From: a virus
Taxonomy: Duplodnaviria; Heunggongvirae; Uroviricota; Caudoviricetes
DNA length: 48,680 nt
Strand: one strand, 5' to 3'
IMG/VR virus record: IMGVR_UViG_647533159_000004
Positions 1-9,333 of this stretch are shown here, in pieces; the stretch's first letter is position 1, and every line of letters starts with the position of its first letter. Made by a program: the position numbers and the translations under genes. Below the pieces are notes generated by a model. That model saw only the letters and a program-made list of their open reading frames with translations. It did not search any database and had not been told where the DNA came from.

Positions 1-1236
1 CTACGATAACCGCGCATTCAACATGGCTATCTGTTCGTCGTTCATGTCATCAATCCACATACCGTAAATTTCATACACCATCTGCGCAGTTTCATGCCCC
101 ATTTGGCTGGCTATAAATGCCGGGTTCGCTCCTGCCGTCAACAGCCAGCAGGCAAAAGTATGCCGCGTATGGTACGGATTACGGCGGCGAATACCAGCAC
201 GTTTTACTGCTGCATTCCACCTTGCCCCCAAACTGCTTACCGAGTAATAAGGTTTCTGTTTTCCGTTACACACCCTTGGCATGAAAACAAAATGCAGTTT
301 TTGCTTTTCGGTTCTGCCGTACTCCCGATGATAAAAGGTGATTTCGCTTTTGCGATGATGCCCGGTCAGTTTGTATTGCTCCTTCAGTGCTTCAAGAGCA
401 GGCTGCAGTAGTGTTACTGTCCGGATCCCGGCATTTGTTTTTGGGGGACCGAACATATCAAGTATCGTCAGGTTTCTTCTGACATTCACTATTCCCTTTT
501 CGAGATCCACATCCTCCCACGCCAGAGCAGCCAGTTCCCCGTGACGAAGTCCTGAGTAAACGGCAAATTTCCACAAGTTCTGGCTCTGTCCTTTTTCACT
601 TTCCATTAATGCATTGAATTCTGTTTTAGATAACGGATCAGGCTTTATTCTGTTTCGCTGTAATTTTTTTACTCCTTCAAATGGTTTGGTTGATATAAAT
701 CCCGACTGATACGCAAAACGTAACAGCGAACAGAGCAGGGCGATATAGTTATCAACTGTGCGCACGGTTCTTCCTTTTTTGTTGGATCTTGGATTATCCA
801 GGTAAAGCGTTTCTCCATGCAGCAGTTCATTCCGGTAGTTTAAGATATCGCTATAACGAATATGTGATATCGGGGTACTTTCACAAATTATTATTCTGAG
901 TGTTTTTAATTGTGATTTCGTTTTCTTCATTGTGTTTGTTGTTAACTCTGTCTCTTTAATTTTTGTCCAGATATCACAAAGCTCCCCGAACGTTTTTATG
1001 ACTCTCGTTGTCACCATTTTTGCCCCAGCGCTGGACTGGGGAAAACGTCTTAAATACTCAAATTCACCGGAGTTTATTTCATGAACTATCAGCGCTCTTA
1101 AATTTCCGGCCTTTTTAATATTACTGTTTGTAATCTCCCAGCCTTTTAATGTTTCCCGACATCGTTTTCCTCGAAACATGAACCAGATGCGAATGTATCT
1201 ACCTCTAATCTCGACACCTGTTGGTAATTTAGACAT
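1..1236 (-). CDS. int: Tyrosine integrase (IntR-like), 411 aa
   Basis: ATG at 1236, stop at window edge; C-terminal R..HTRHT..Y recombinase signature in translation; xis-like gene immediately downstream. Confidence 0.9.
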   Translation of the reverse strand: MSKLPTGVEIRGRYIRIWFMFRGKRCRETLKGWEITNSNIKKAGNLRALIVHEINSGEFEYLRRFPQSSAGAKMVTTRVIKTFGELCDIWTKIKETELTTNTMKKTKSQLKTLRIIICESTPISHIRYSDILNYRNELLHGETLYLDNPRSNKKGRTVRTVDNYIALLCSLLRFAYQSGFISTKPFEGVKKLQRNRIKPDPLSKTEFNALMESEKGQSQNLWKFAVYSGLRHGELAALAWEDVDLEKGIVNVRRNLTILDMFGPPKTNAGIRTVTLLQPALEALKEQYKLTGHHRKSEITFYHREYGRTEKQKLHFVFMPRVCNGKQKPYYSVSSLGARWNAAVKRAGIRRRNPYHTRHTFACWLLTAGANPAFIASQMGHETAQMVYEIYGMWIDDMNDEQIAMLNARLS

Positions 1237-1237
1237 A

Positions 1238-1453
1238 TCATGAGTCTTTGATAAACTGATTTATCTTTGGATAGTTGTACCAGATAATCCCTCGTTTGCT
1301 GTCTGGCTTACCTAAAGGAGATACTCGCTTGAAGTGGAAGCCCTCCACCCAACAGTTCTGGCGGTATGCTTCAATTTGTCTGGCCCCCAGACCAGTACGA
1401 AGCATCAGACCGTATTCAACCATCCACTCTTCATTAAAAATCACTTGTGCCAT
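1238..1453 (-). CDS. Excisionase-like small protein (YdaQ/Xis-like), 71 aa
   Basis: Start set at internal ATG (1451-1453) preceded by GAGGTGA; position next to int; size typical of Xis. Confidence 0.55.
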   Translation of the reverse strand: MAQVIFNEEWMVEYGLMLRTGLGARQIEAYRQNCWVEGFHFKRVSPLGKPDSKRGIIWYNYPKINQFIKDS

Positions 1454-1552
1454 CGCATCACCTCTGGCGGGCGACAATATTAGACTGAAATTGACGCCCG
1501 ACGTTGATTATTAATAATCAGCTATGAAGTTTTAATTTGAATACAATGCAAC

Positions 1553-1741
1553 TCACGAGGACAGAAGTTTCTCGCAATTAAAATTTATCAGTTTTACTTT
1601 CTGCTCTCTGGAAACGCCTGCTTCTTTTTTCCCTGAGAGCATTTTTTCGCATTCTGATTTCGTTAATTTAGATTTTGAATATCTTATCCAGTTAGTAGGA
1701 GTGCCACCTTCTTTTTCAATAGTGGCGGTAATTTTATACAT
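1553..1741 (-). CDS. Small early protein (YdaC-like), 62 aa
   Basis: ATG at 1739-1741 preceded by GGAGGT; 8-nt overlap with upstream Lar gene. Confidence 0.5.
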   Translation of the reverse strand: MYKITATIEKEGGTPTNWIRYSKSKLTKSECEKMLSGKKEAGVSREQKVKLINFNCEKLLSS

Positions 1742-1964
1742 GAACACCTCCATTATTATTTCCAGTGGTTCGTTTATTCCATCGTTCGAGTGCTTCTTTT
1801 TCACTTCCACCATAGCCGGTTCGGGATTCGCATCCGTTACACTTCGCGCGGTAATATCCTGAAATGGCTTTCACCGTTACTGATGGACAACCACAAAAAG
1901 GGCATGGTTTGACTTTTGTGTATCGCACTGGTTTTTCTCCTGTGAGCTTTGTGGCTGCGCTCAT
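1734..1964 (-). CDS. ralR: Lar/RalR-type restriction alleviation protein
   Basis: CPFCGC...C..C zinc-ribbon-like translation recalled as Rac RalR/Lar; ATGA overlap with exo stop. Confidence 0.7.
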   Translation of the reverse strand: MSAATKLTGEKPVRYTKVKPCPFCGCPSVTVKAISGYYRAKCNGCESRTGYGGSEKEALERWNKRTTGNNNGGVHV

Positions 1965-2641
1965 TTCCATTGCTCCCCAAATACAAAACCAATTTCAGCC
2001 AGTGCCTCGTCCATTTTTTCGATGAATTCTGGCACCATCTCGTCAAAACTCGCCATGTACTTTTCATCCCGCTCAACCACGACATAATGCAGGCCTTCAC
2101 GCTTCATACGCGGGTCATAGTTGGCAAAGTACCAGGCATCTTTTTGCGTCACCCACATGCTGTACTGCACCTGGGCTATGTAAGCCGACTTTATGGCCCC
2201 GAAACCACCGAGCCGGAACTTCATGAAATCCCGGGAGGTAAACGGGCATTTCAGTTCAAGGCCGTTACCGTCGTTGCATAAGCCATCGGGAGAGCAGGCG
2301 GTGCGCATAGTCTCGTCACGATAGATGATCGGGGATTCAGTAACATTCACGCCGGAAATGAACTCAAACAGGGCTCTGGCGTCGTTCTCGTACTGTTTTC
2401 CCCAGGCCAGTGCTTTAGCGTTAACTTCTGGGGTCACTCCGGTGCAGACCTCAGCCAGCAGGGTGTGGAAGTAGGACATTTTCATGTCAGGCCATTTCTT
2501 TCCTGAGCGGGGTTTTGCTATCACGTTGTGAACTTCTGAAGCTGTGATGACGCCGAGCCGTAATTTGTGCCACGCATCATCCCCTTGTTTAACAGTTCTC
2601 ACGTCGATTCCTGTACGTTGCAGGATAATGTCAGGAGTCAT
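1961..2641 (-). CDS. exo: Lambda-type 5'-3' exonuclease (Red alpha / YqaJ family), 226 aa
   Basis: Translation near-identical along its length to recalled lambda Exo; ATGA coupling with bet. Confidence 0.9.
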   Translation of the reverse strand: MTPDIILQRTGIDVRTVKQGDDAWHKLRLGVITASEVHNVIAKPRSGKKWPDMKMSYFHTLLAEVCTGVTPEVNAKALAWGKQYENDARALFEFISGVNVTESPIIYRDETMRTACSPDGLCNDGNGLELKCPFTSRDFMKFRLGGFGAIKSAYIAQVQYSMWVTQKDAWYFANYDPRMKREGLHYVVVERDEKYMASFDEMVPEFIEKMDEALAEIGFVFGEQWK

Positions 2642-3417
2642 GCTGCCACCTTCTGCTCTGCGGCTTTCCGTTTCAGGAATCCAAGAGTTTTCACTGCTTC
2701 GGTCTGCGTCAGTTCTGATGATGCGCGAATGTCGCGGCGAAGTATCTGGGAACAGAGCGGCAATAAGTCGTCATCCCATGTTTTATCCAGGGCGATCAGC
2801 AGAGCGTTAATCTCCTGCATGGTTTCATCGTTAACCGGAGTGATGTCGCGTTCCGGCTGACTTTCTGATGCGGTATTTTCGACAATGCGCTCGGCTTCAT
2901 CCTTGTCATAGATACCAGCAAATCCGAAGGCCAGACGGGCACACTGAATCATGGCTTTATGCCGTAACATCCGTTTGGGGTGCGACTGCCACGGCCCCGT
3001 AACTTCTTTGCCTTCGCGGGTTTTGAATGGTTCGCGGCGGCACTCATCCATCCACTCGGTAACGCAGATCGGATGATTGCGGTCCTTGCGGTAAATCCGG
3101 CATGTACAGGATTCATTGTCCTGCTCAAAGTCCATACCATCAAACTGCTGGTTTTCATTGATGATGCGGGACCAGCCATCAACGCCCACCACCGGAACGA
3201 TACCATTCTGCTTATCAGGGAAGGCGTAAATCTCTTTCGTCCACGGATTAAGACCGTACTGGTTGGCGACGATCAGCAGCGCGATGAATTGCGCATCGCT
3301 GGCATTGCCTTTAAATGCTGTCTGGCGAAGAGTGGCGATCAGTTCCTGCGGGTCGACAGTATCCATGCCGACACGTTCAGCCAGCTTCCCGGCCAGCGTT
3401 GCGAGTGCTGTACTCAT
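2638..3417 (-). CDS. bet: Bet (Red beta) single-strand annealing protein, 259 aa
   Basis: Translation near-identical to recalled lambda Bet ([19 protein letters not shown]...). Confidence 0.9.
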   Translation of the reverse strand: MSTALATLAGKLAERVGMDTVDPQELIATLRQTAFKGNASDAQFIALLIVANQYGLNPWTKEIYAFPDKQNGIVPVVGVDGWSRIINENQQFDGMDFEQDNESCTCRIYRKDRNHPICVTEWMDECRREPFKTREGKEVTGPWQSHPKRMLRHKAMIQCARLAFGFAGIYDKDEAERIVENTASESQPERDITPVNDETMQEINALLIALDKTWDDDLLPLCSQILRRDIRASSELTQTEAVKTLGFLKRKAAEQKVAA

Positions 3418-3422
3418 TCGTT

Positions 3423-3722
3423 TTATACCTCTGAATCAATATCAACCTGGTGACGCGCAATGGTTTCAACCATGTACCGGATGTGCTCCGCCACGCGTTC
3501 CTGAAATTCAACATCGTCATCAAATGCGCGACTGATTGCCTGTTTGCTGGCACCGTGGCGTTGCAAATGGTCGATGCAGAGCGATTCAAACAGGTGCTGG
3601 GGCAGACCTTTTTCCAGGTCGTCCGCCAGTTCCGTTTCTTTTTCTTCGCGAACGATCTTCTGGTAGTGGCGTGACCATGCCAGCTCTTCAATGCGATCAA
3701 AAATCGGGCATGTGCTCATCAT
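3423..3722 (-). CDS. gam: Gam-like RecBCD inhibitor (short GamS-like form), 99 aa
   Basis: C-terminal 80 aa match recalled lambda Gam ([29 protein letters not shown]...); sits upstream of bet. Confidence 0.8.
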   Translation of the reverse strand: MMSTCPIFDRIEELAWSRHYQKIVREEKETELADDLEKGLPQHLFESLCIDHLQRHGASKQAISRAFDDDVEFQERVAEHIRYMVETIARHQVDIDSEV

Positions 3723-5730
3723 CTGTTACCCCAAAATTTTCAAGTTTGTTTGCGATCATCATTGCAATACCCGGAATTAATGGCGCTGAGGCTATACCTG
3801 CAGGATTCGCACATAAACCGTAAACCGCCGCAATCACCACTTGTCTTTTCCAGTCGAGTTTTTCTAATGATGAAGCTGCTGCTTCGCCAGTTTCATCACT
3901 GCAATCGCGATGCGGATCGCTGCCAGCATTCTCCTTGTGTGGATGTTCAGCGCCTTCCATTTTCTCCGGCTCATTTTCCCGAACTTCAACCTGATTCTCG
4001 TCATCGAATGTTTCCTGATATATTGCGTCGCCCATCACCGCACCACAGTCAGGGCAGTTATCCCCGCCAGACTGACCGCAGGCATTGCAAACTTTTTCTA
4101 CTTCCTGTTGCGCCACTGGTTCAGGCTGTTTCGTTTCTGGCTCGTTTTGTAACGCATTTGGGCTGTTTTGTTCCGCTTTCTGGTCGTTCTGTTCCGATTC
4201 TTGTTGGTTCTGGTTCACTGAATCGCGGGTTTCAATCCCCTTCACCCATTTCGGATCATTCGGGTCGCTAATCCCCTCAACAAATTCACCACGTGATGCA
4301 GCAAGCAACTTATCGGCATCGACAGGATTTTTTGATGGAATGTTTTTCCGGGCTTCATGGAGTTCTGCCCGCAGTTCCTGATATTTCGCATCAACAGAAT
4401 TTACCTGTGACTGAGCATCCAGCGGCTGCGTGTCCTGATGATGTTCAGTTGCGTCCGGTTCCATTGTTTCAGCCTCTCCCTGTTCATCTGCCGTTGTTCC
4501 AGATGGTTGCGGTTTTTCTTCATCATCCTGTTTTCCTTCTTCTGTTACACGCTGCGGCATCGGGGCAGAGGAACGACCGCAGGCAATATCCACGATTTCC
4601 GGATCAGGGTTGGCATGATCAGTTTCAGTCAGTACTTTGTTCAGATATTCAGTGACGTGCGCGGGGGTGACCTCGATCCCAATTGGTGCTTCTTTCACGG
4701 ACGCAACCACGATGGCGCGGGAATAATCCAGCCCGCCAGGCATGGTGATGAATTTGTCGCGGAAAACAGAAAAGGGCGGTTTATTTTCAGCGATAATTTC
4801 CTCAATGCGTTTAGCGTGTGCCGGATGAAGGTTATAGATGTCCACGTCCATTGAACGGGCAAGTACGCCAGTGGCTACATCGCGTGCCAGTGACGTCAGA
4901 TCGTGGACGAAACCTTCGCCGCGATCGGTGAGGTTCCCGCCGCCAGCATTAGCACCGGAAGCCGTGCGAGTGATGCGTGAAACACGATTCCCTTTTCGCC
5001 ATTCTTTTGTCAGAAGACCGCGATCAATGTGTTCGGTATCCAGCCAGGCTGAAATGAAATTCTTAAATTCATAGGGCTGATGTTTTTTCGTGATAGAGAA
5101 AACTGCCTTAATTGCATCAGTCAGGCGGAGCAGGGCGGCATTATCCAGAGTTGTCGGTTCTGCCATGCCGCGTATGGCCAACAGCAGATTCTGGACATAG
5201 CTGTTTTCCTGATCCATCTCAAGAGCAGTAATGTGTTCGCGTTGTTCACGGGTGGCATGATGCAGGTATTTCCGATCCCCGGCCGCATACGTAAAAATGT
5301 GCAGAAGACGCTGAGTGAACCGCAAAGTGGCTACAGAGACTTCACAATCCTGGCAATCCCCGTGGGCGTCTGCCTGCGCGTTTTCTTCCTGGCCTCCCGT
5401 CAGTTTTTCAGTTTCCTGAGCATTGTCCTGATAGTGAACGTCGTCTGGCGCTGCTCCCGGTTTTAGTTCCCAGGTCATGGAGTCTTTGCTGAGTTGATAG
5501 CGTTCACTCCAGGTAAAATCGATCTCACCTTCAGGGGGAAGGTCATTAACGACAGGAAAATTTGTGGCAACAGCTTTAAAATAGTTGCTCAGTTTTTTAC
5601 CTGACTTAACGATCAGGTAGTCCAGAGTGGCACAGGTCGATTCAAAATCGTCACTTGCCCACAGGACGACGTCAGGTTCACCGGATGATTTTTTCGCTTT
5701 TCGTAACAGGAAGAGTGGTTTTGTGCTCAT
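3697..5730 (-). CDS. Large hypothetical early-left protein, 677 aa, acidic low-complexity centre with CxxC...CxxC zinc-ribbon-like motif
   Basis: Long uninterrupted ORF, ATG at 5730 with GAGGT upstream, overlaps gam start; no family recognised by eye. Confidence 0.6.
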   Translation of the reverse strand: MSTKPLFLLRKAKKSSGEPDVVLWASDDFESTCATLDYLIVKSGKKLSNYFKAVATNFPVVNDLPPEGEIDFTWSERYQLSKDSMTWELKPGAAPDDVHYQDNAQETEKLTGGQEENAQADAHGDCQDCEVSVATLRFTQRLLHIFTYAAGDRKYLHHATREQREHITALEMDQENSYVQNLLLAIRGMAEPTTLDNAALLRLTDAIKAVFSITKKHQPYEFKNFISAWLDTEHIDRGLLTKEWRKGNRVSRITRTASGANAGGGNLTDRGEGFVHDLTSLARDVATGVLARSMDVDIYNLHPAHAKRIEEIIAENKPPFSVFRDKFITMPGGLDYSRAIVVASVKEAPIGIEVTPAHVTEYLNKVLTETDHANPDPEIVDIACGRSSAPMPQRVTEEGKQDDEEKPQPSGTTADEQGEAETMEPDATEHHQDTQPLDAQSQVNSVDAKYQELRAELHEARKNIPSKNPVDADKLLAASRGEFVEGISDPNDPKWVKGIETRDSVNQNQQESEQNDQKAEQNSPNALQNEPETKQPEPVAQQEVEKVCNACGQSGGDNCPDCGAVMGDAIYQETFDDENQVEVRENEPEKMEGAEHPHKENAGSDPHRDCSDETGEAAASSLEKLDWKRQVVIAAVYGLCANPAGIASAPLIPGIAMMIANKLENFGVTDDEHMPDF

Positions 5731-5828
5731 TGTTTTTTAACCTCAACTCAGATTAAAATTACTGCGAGTGATGAATAAATGTCCCAGGTTCTTCACTCAG
5801 GCCTGCACGTTGTGCAGGCTTTCTTTTT

Positions 5829-6104
5829 TCAGATTTCACCTTTTAATTTCATTGCAATCAGAGTTGCCAGAAATCCGGCTTTTTTTTCTGCGGGCAGATT
5901 CTTTCCGATGTGAACCAGACTCATTTTTGTGACACCTTCATCAAGTGTTTTTACGTTGCCTGATGGGCCGTCAATATCAACCACAGTGAATGGGGTTTCT
6001 TTATTTTCTGTTTTAATCACGTAGCCAATACGCTTTCCTTCCAGATTAACCTCGTGAACAATGTCATCGGTAGTTACAACAGTGACTTCATAATTGGTAA
6101 TCAT
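5829..6104 (-). CDS. Hypothetical early protein, 91 aa (RacC-like by size and position)
   Basis: ATG at 6104 preceded by AAGGAG; sits in the early-left operon. Confidence 0.5.
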   Translation of the reverse strand: MITNYEVTVVTTDDIVHEVNLEGKRIGYVIKTENKETPFTVVDIDGPSGNVKTLDEGVTKMSLVHIGKNLPAEKKAGFLATLIAMKLKGEI

Positions 6105-6177
6105 TTTTTCTCCTTAATTAAGGTTGAGCGAATCCCTGCCATTGCTGGCATAAATTCAGTTTCGCATAGTCAGTTAA

Positions 6178-6348
6178 TTAAAGTTCGTGTGCCATCTGGT
6201 CTTTTTCGGCACAATTTTCACTACAATATTTTTTCATTTCCGTCGTTGGGATAACTCCACGCATGAAATGAAGTGGTCTTTTAATGCTTTTGCTTTCTTC
6301 AATTCCTTTATTGCAAAGGTGGTAAGCACATTTTATTTTCTTAGTCAT
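6178..6348 (-). CDS. Small Cys-rich zinc-binding-like protein, 56 aa (YdaE-like)
   Basis: Not in ORF track (<60 aa); hand translation [15 protein letters not shown]...YCSENCAEKDQMAHEL; ATG shares one nt with upstream stop. Confidence 0.45.
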   Translation of the reverse strand: MTKKIKCAYHLCNKGIEESKSIKRPLHFMRGVIPTTEMKKYCSENCAEKDQMAHEL

Positions 6349-6569
6349 CACCATGACTCCGCCTTTACAGGTAAACCATCACGACCGAGGAAGACTTTAA
6401 TCATGCAGTCAGAAATGCATGTTTTTGTAGTCAGGTTACGAATATAAAGTTTTCGCTTTTTAATATTGTTTGCCGAGGCGATATATGTCCGGCCTTCATG
6501 AAGAACATAATCACCAGGAGTCACACACTGACGTGGTATTTCATCAGTTCCGAAGTGATGTGCAATCAT
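6348..6569 (-). CDS. Hypothetical small protein, about 73 aa (KilR-like by size and position; start could be 6581)
   Basis: Internal ATG at 6567-6569 preceded by GGAGA; the ORF-track start at 6581 lacks an SD. Confidence 0.4.
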   Translation of the reverse strand: MIAHHFGTDEIPRQCVTPGDYVLHEGRTYIASANNIKKRKLYIRNLTTKTCISDCMIKVFLGRDGLPVKAESW

Positions 6570-6989
6570 AATTATCTCCATTTTTACAAATGAACTTTGT
6601 TGATGCGGTGCCTGGTGCCTCCAGGTGACTGCAACCAGTTAACAATTACAGTCGGCTTTCCCACCCAAACCAATAAGGACTAACATGACTTTTAACTGTG
6701 CCGCGTGCGCTTAGCCGCATTCACCGCATCACAAAATTCACTTTAAAAAGGGCGGACATCAGTCGAACTTCAAGAAAAAACTGATGCCGCCAAGACTACA
6801 CACAGCAGTGTTGTTATTCACAACCGGAGGCGCACTCCCACCATTTAAATTTAACAGACAAGACCGACTCTTTATGGATATCGGAAATGCGCCTTCGTGT
6901 TGTGCCCGGTTTTATTTCACCACCTCCGGGCTTTGGTGGTTTCTGCTATACCCCTACAGCGAGAATATTGAATTAATCCAAATAATGGA

Positions 6990-7142
6990 TTAGCAAGTAT
7001 TTCTGGCAAGCCAGCGACGTGCGCCTGTTTCTGTTTTAAATGTTTTGCTTTTGGTATAAGTCATGGCGGTGAACGTTCCATCCTGGTTGGGGAACACGCC
7101 GCACACCAGGGATTCGTTATTGCCGAGGTCGATTTTTTGCAT
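6990..7142 (-). CDS. Small hypothetical protein, 50 aa
   Basis: Hand-translated (MQKIDLGNNESLVCGVFPNQDGTF...); ATG at 7140-7142 with GAGGTG 7 nt upstream. Confidence 0.4.
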   Translation of the reverse strand: MQKIDLGNNESLVCGVFPNQDGTFTAMTYTKSKTFKTETGARRWLARNTC

Positions 7143-7354
7143 TTTTCGCACCTCACATTTTGTTGTTGCGGATAGAGGCTTCTGCCTGCCAGAGATCCCA
7201 GTCGTTGCTGCGTAGAGCCTGTACAGCCTAGCTGTAAGTGATATCGCAACAATCCATCAAAAACTGAACTACTTCGTAATGCACCATCTTATCTCTCCCC
7301 TTAACGCCGGGTGGCGGAACTGTTTGCTGAGAACACCGTGCGGTGTTTTGATGG

Positions 7355-7425
7355 CTAAAATTTAGAATAACCTAAGAATGATGGTCAAGTGTTTTGTGTA
7401 GAAAAACCTAAGTTTTTTGATGCAA
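7355..7425. promoter_or_regulatory. Putative left operator region (OL-like), half-sites related to those in 7892-7967
   Basis: TTTAGAATAACCTAAGAAT and CCTAAG repeats are reverse-complement relatives of the CTTAGG...TCTAA motifs next to the repressor gene. Confidence 0.35.
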
Positions 7426-7483
7426 AAAACACAACTGTTTGAAAATTTGTGTTTTTTATTACAGAGAGGGGGTAAAGAGGGGG

Positions 7484-7891
7484 TTATTTATTTGTGCTTC
7501 TTTTGCGAGCTTTGAGTAGTTCTTCAAAAAGTTTGTTGAAATTCTCAACTCTGGCACGCATCTCTGACAATTGAGCTTTTTGCTCTGATTCAGGCAGTGC
7601 GTCGAACAGTTGAAGTAACTCTTTTTGCTCTTCTGTCAGATTGGTTGGTTGGTTCGCCGGGATCGGTTCGCCTGGTTGCTTATCTTCATCCCCAAAAAGA
7701 AGCCAGGTCGGTGAGCACTGAAGTGCCTGACTCAGCGCGAATAATCTCTTCCCCGCAGGCTGTGTTTCATCCCTTTCCCACTGAGAAATTGTTACGTGAG
7801 CCACTTTGACCAGCTTACCTAATGCGGCCTGGGACAGTTTTAATTTTTTACGCCTGTGTAAGAGGCGGGCACCGAAGGTTTCGTTTTTCAT
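7484..7891 (-). CDS. Phage repressor, HTH-XRE, 135 aa (CI/RacR-like); no C-terminal S24 peptidase domain
   Basis: N-terminal HTH (LSQAALGKLVKVAHVTISQWERDETQP); divergent from Cro-like gene; too short for a LexA-like autocleavage domain. Confidence 0.8.
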   Translation of the reverse strand: MKNETFGARLLHRRKKLKLSQAALGKLVKVAHVTISQWERDETQPAGKRLFALSQALQCSPTWLLFGDEDKQPGEPIPANQPTNLTEEQKELLQLFDALPESEQKAQLSEMRARVENFNKLFEELLKARKRSTNK

Positions 7892-7967
7892 ATTAGGTAA
7901 TTCTAATTTTTCTTGACTTAGGTTTCTCTACAATTTAGTTTACTTAGGAAAATCTAAGGAGTTCGAT
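7892..7967. promoter_or_regulatory. Divergent promoter/operator region (OR-like, pR/pRM-like)
   Basis: Three related sites ATTAGGTAATTCTAA, CTTAGGTTTCTCTA, CTTAGGAAAATCTAAGG; TTGACT at 7913-7918 with TAGTTT 17 nt downstream; AAGGAG SD for cro-like gene. Confidence 0.55.
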
Positions 7968-8195
7968 ATGTTGAAAACCGATGCTATAGCTTTTTTTGGC
8001 AGCAAAACGAAGCTCGCGAATGCTGCAGGGGTGAGGCTGGCAAGCATTGCTGCATGGGGGGAGCTGGTTCCTGAAGGCCGCGCGATGCGCCTGCAGGAGG
8101 CATCCGGCGGGGAGCTTCAGTACGACCCCAACGTTTATGACGAATATCGTAAGGCAAAGCGAGCAGGGAAGGTGATTCATGAAAATCAGGCATGA
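7968..8195 (+). CDS. Cro-like / YdaS-family DNA-binding protein, 75 aa
   Basis: ATG at 7968 with AAGGAG SD; divergent from repressor; translation resembles YdaS-type Cro analogues. Confidence 0.7.
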   Translation: MLKTDAIAFFGSKTKLANAAGVRLASIAAWGELVPEGRAMRLQEASGGELQYDPNVYDEYRKAKRAGKVIHENQA

Positions 8196-8601
8196 GCACA
8201 TCGAATCAGTGCTGTTAGCCCTGGCAGCCGAAAAAGGGCAGGCGTGGGTCGCTAACGCAATTACTGAAGAATATCTGCGCCAGGGGGGCGGCGAATTACC
8301 CCTGGTACCAGGCAAGGACTGGAACAATCAGCAGAATATCTATCACCGCTGGTTGAAAGGTGAAACGGAAGCGCAAAGGGAAAAAATTCAGAAACTGATC
8401 CCTGCAATTCTGGCAATCCTTCCGCGCGAGCTGCGCCACCGACTCAGCATCTTCGATACCCTGGAACGCCGTGCATTACTGGCGGCGCAGGAAGCGTTGA
8501 GTACGGCAATTGATGCGCATGATGATGCAGTCCAGGCCGTTTACCGGAAAGCGCATTTCAGCGGTGGTGGAGCGTCCGACGATTCTGTTGTAGTGCATTG
8601 A
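8179..8601 (+). CDS. YdaT-like protein (CII-position protein), 140 aa
   Basis: ATG at 8179 overlaps end of cro-like gene; size and position match the YdaS-YdaT pair of Rac-like prophages. Confidence 0.7.
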   Translation: MKIRHEHIESVLLALAAEKGQAWVANAITEEYLRQGGGELPLVPGKDWNNQQNIYHRWLKGETEAQREKIQKLIPAILAILPRELRHRLSIFDTLERRALLAAQEALSTAIDAHDDAVQAVYRKAHFSGGGASDDSVVVH

Positions 8602-8620
8602 TTGAATAGGGTATCCAATA

Positions 8621-9034
8621 ATGAAAATCAAACCGTACATAAATGCCGGAAATCTTACTCCCGGCGAACTACGAGACTGGATCCTGAAACTTGCAAAAAA
8701 TGCAGAAATTGCGGGTTGGGGTACAGAAACTTCGGTTCGGAAGCTTCAGAGCGCAGAACTTAGCCTGCGCTCAGTTATGGACGATTTATCCCCAAGAATT
8801 AATTTTCTGGGGTCAGAGCAAATAATTCGTTCGGAAGATCACTCCAGCGAAGTTGCGGAAGTTCTGAATACTCTGAGGATAACTTTTGCTGCCGTTCGCG
8901 ATATTCAACGAACCATTCTCTCATTGATTTCTCAGCTTCAAGAAATTGATAGTCGCATTCCTGACGGGGGTCATAGAGAGCGTCTTCCAGAATGTGAAGA
9001 GCAAGGACAGGGGAAACAGATAAGGGATCAGTAA
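8621..9034 (+). CDS. Hypothetical protein, 137 aa
   Basis: ORF in rightward operon 20 nt after ydaT-like stop; no clear SD; overlaps a minus-strand ORF. Confidence 0.4.
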   Translation: MKIKPYINAGNLTPGELRDWILKLAKNAEIAGWGTETSVRKLQSAELSLRSVMDDLSPRINFLGSEQIIRSEDHSSEVAEVLNTLRITFAAVRDIQRTILSLISQLQEIDSRIPDGGHRERLPECEEQGQGKQIRDQ

Positions 9035-9254
9035 TACGTTTTTCACTTGCCTGGTATAGCAATCTCGCCAGCGAATCATAGCTACTGGGGCTCAGGAGAG
9101 AATCCCGTGAGTGATTTGTAAGAATCAGGTGAAAGCGGGTGAGAACTATAGCCCTGCATGTTACCAGGTTAACCATGTCGTGGTCGTGCTGGTTAATTTT
9201 GTACACAGTGCGCATGTGATTTTTAATTTTTTGGCAAACAGCCATTAAAGACAT
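8799..9254 (-). CDS. Hypothetical protein, 151 aa, antisense to the rightward operon
   Basis: ATG at 9254 with strong AAGGAGG SD 6 nt upstream; overlaps the plus-strand ORF by 236 nt. Confidence 0.4.
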   Translation of the reverse strand: MSLMAVCQKIKNHMRTVYKINQHDHDMVNLVTCRAIVLTRFHLILTNHSRDSLLSPSSYDSLARLLYQASEKRITDPLSVSPVLALHILEDALYDPRQECDYQFLEAEKSMREWFVEYRERQQKLSSEYSELPQLRWSDLPNELFALTPEN

Positions 9255-9333
9255 GTCGAACCTCCTTTGGTTCTGTTGATTGGGGAATCACAGATTATAT
9301 CCGGAGGAAGGTTCGACACCAGATGAGGCAATT

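Noticed and set aside
94-411. Plus-strand 105-aa ORF inside the integrase gene
   Set aside because: Antisense to a confidently identified integrase; no SD; typical shadow ORF.
2544-3535. Several plus-strand ORFs (88-157 aa) antisense to exo, bet and gam
   Set aside because: Lie entirely within well-supported minus-strand genes; Arg/Ser-rich junk-like translations.
3750-5466. Multiple plus-strand ORFs antisense to the 677-aa gene
   Set aside because: Overlap a long uninterrupted minus-strand ORF; low-complexity, Cys/Phe/Arg-rich translations typical of antisense frames.
7061-7252. 63-aa minus-strand ORF
   Set aside because: Starts at TTG without SD and overlaps the SD-supported 50-aa ORF (6990-7142) and the 19-codon ORF.
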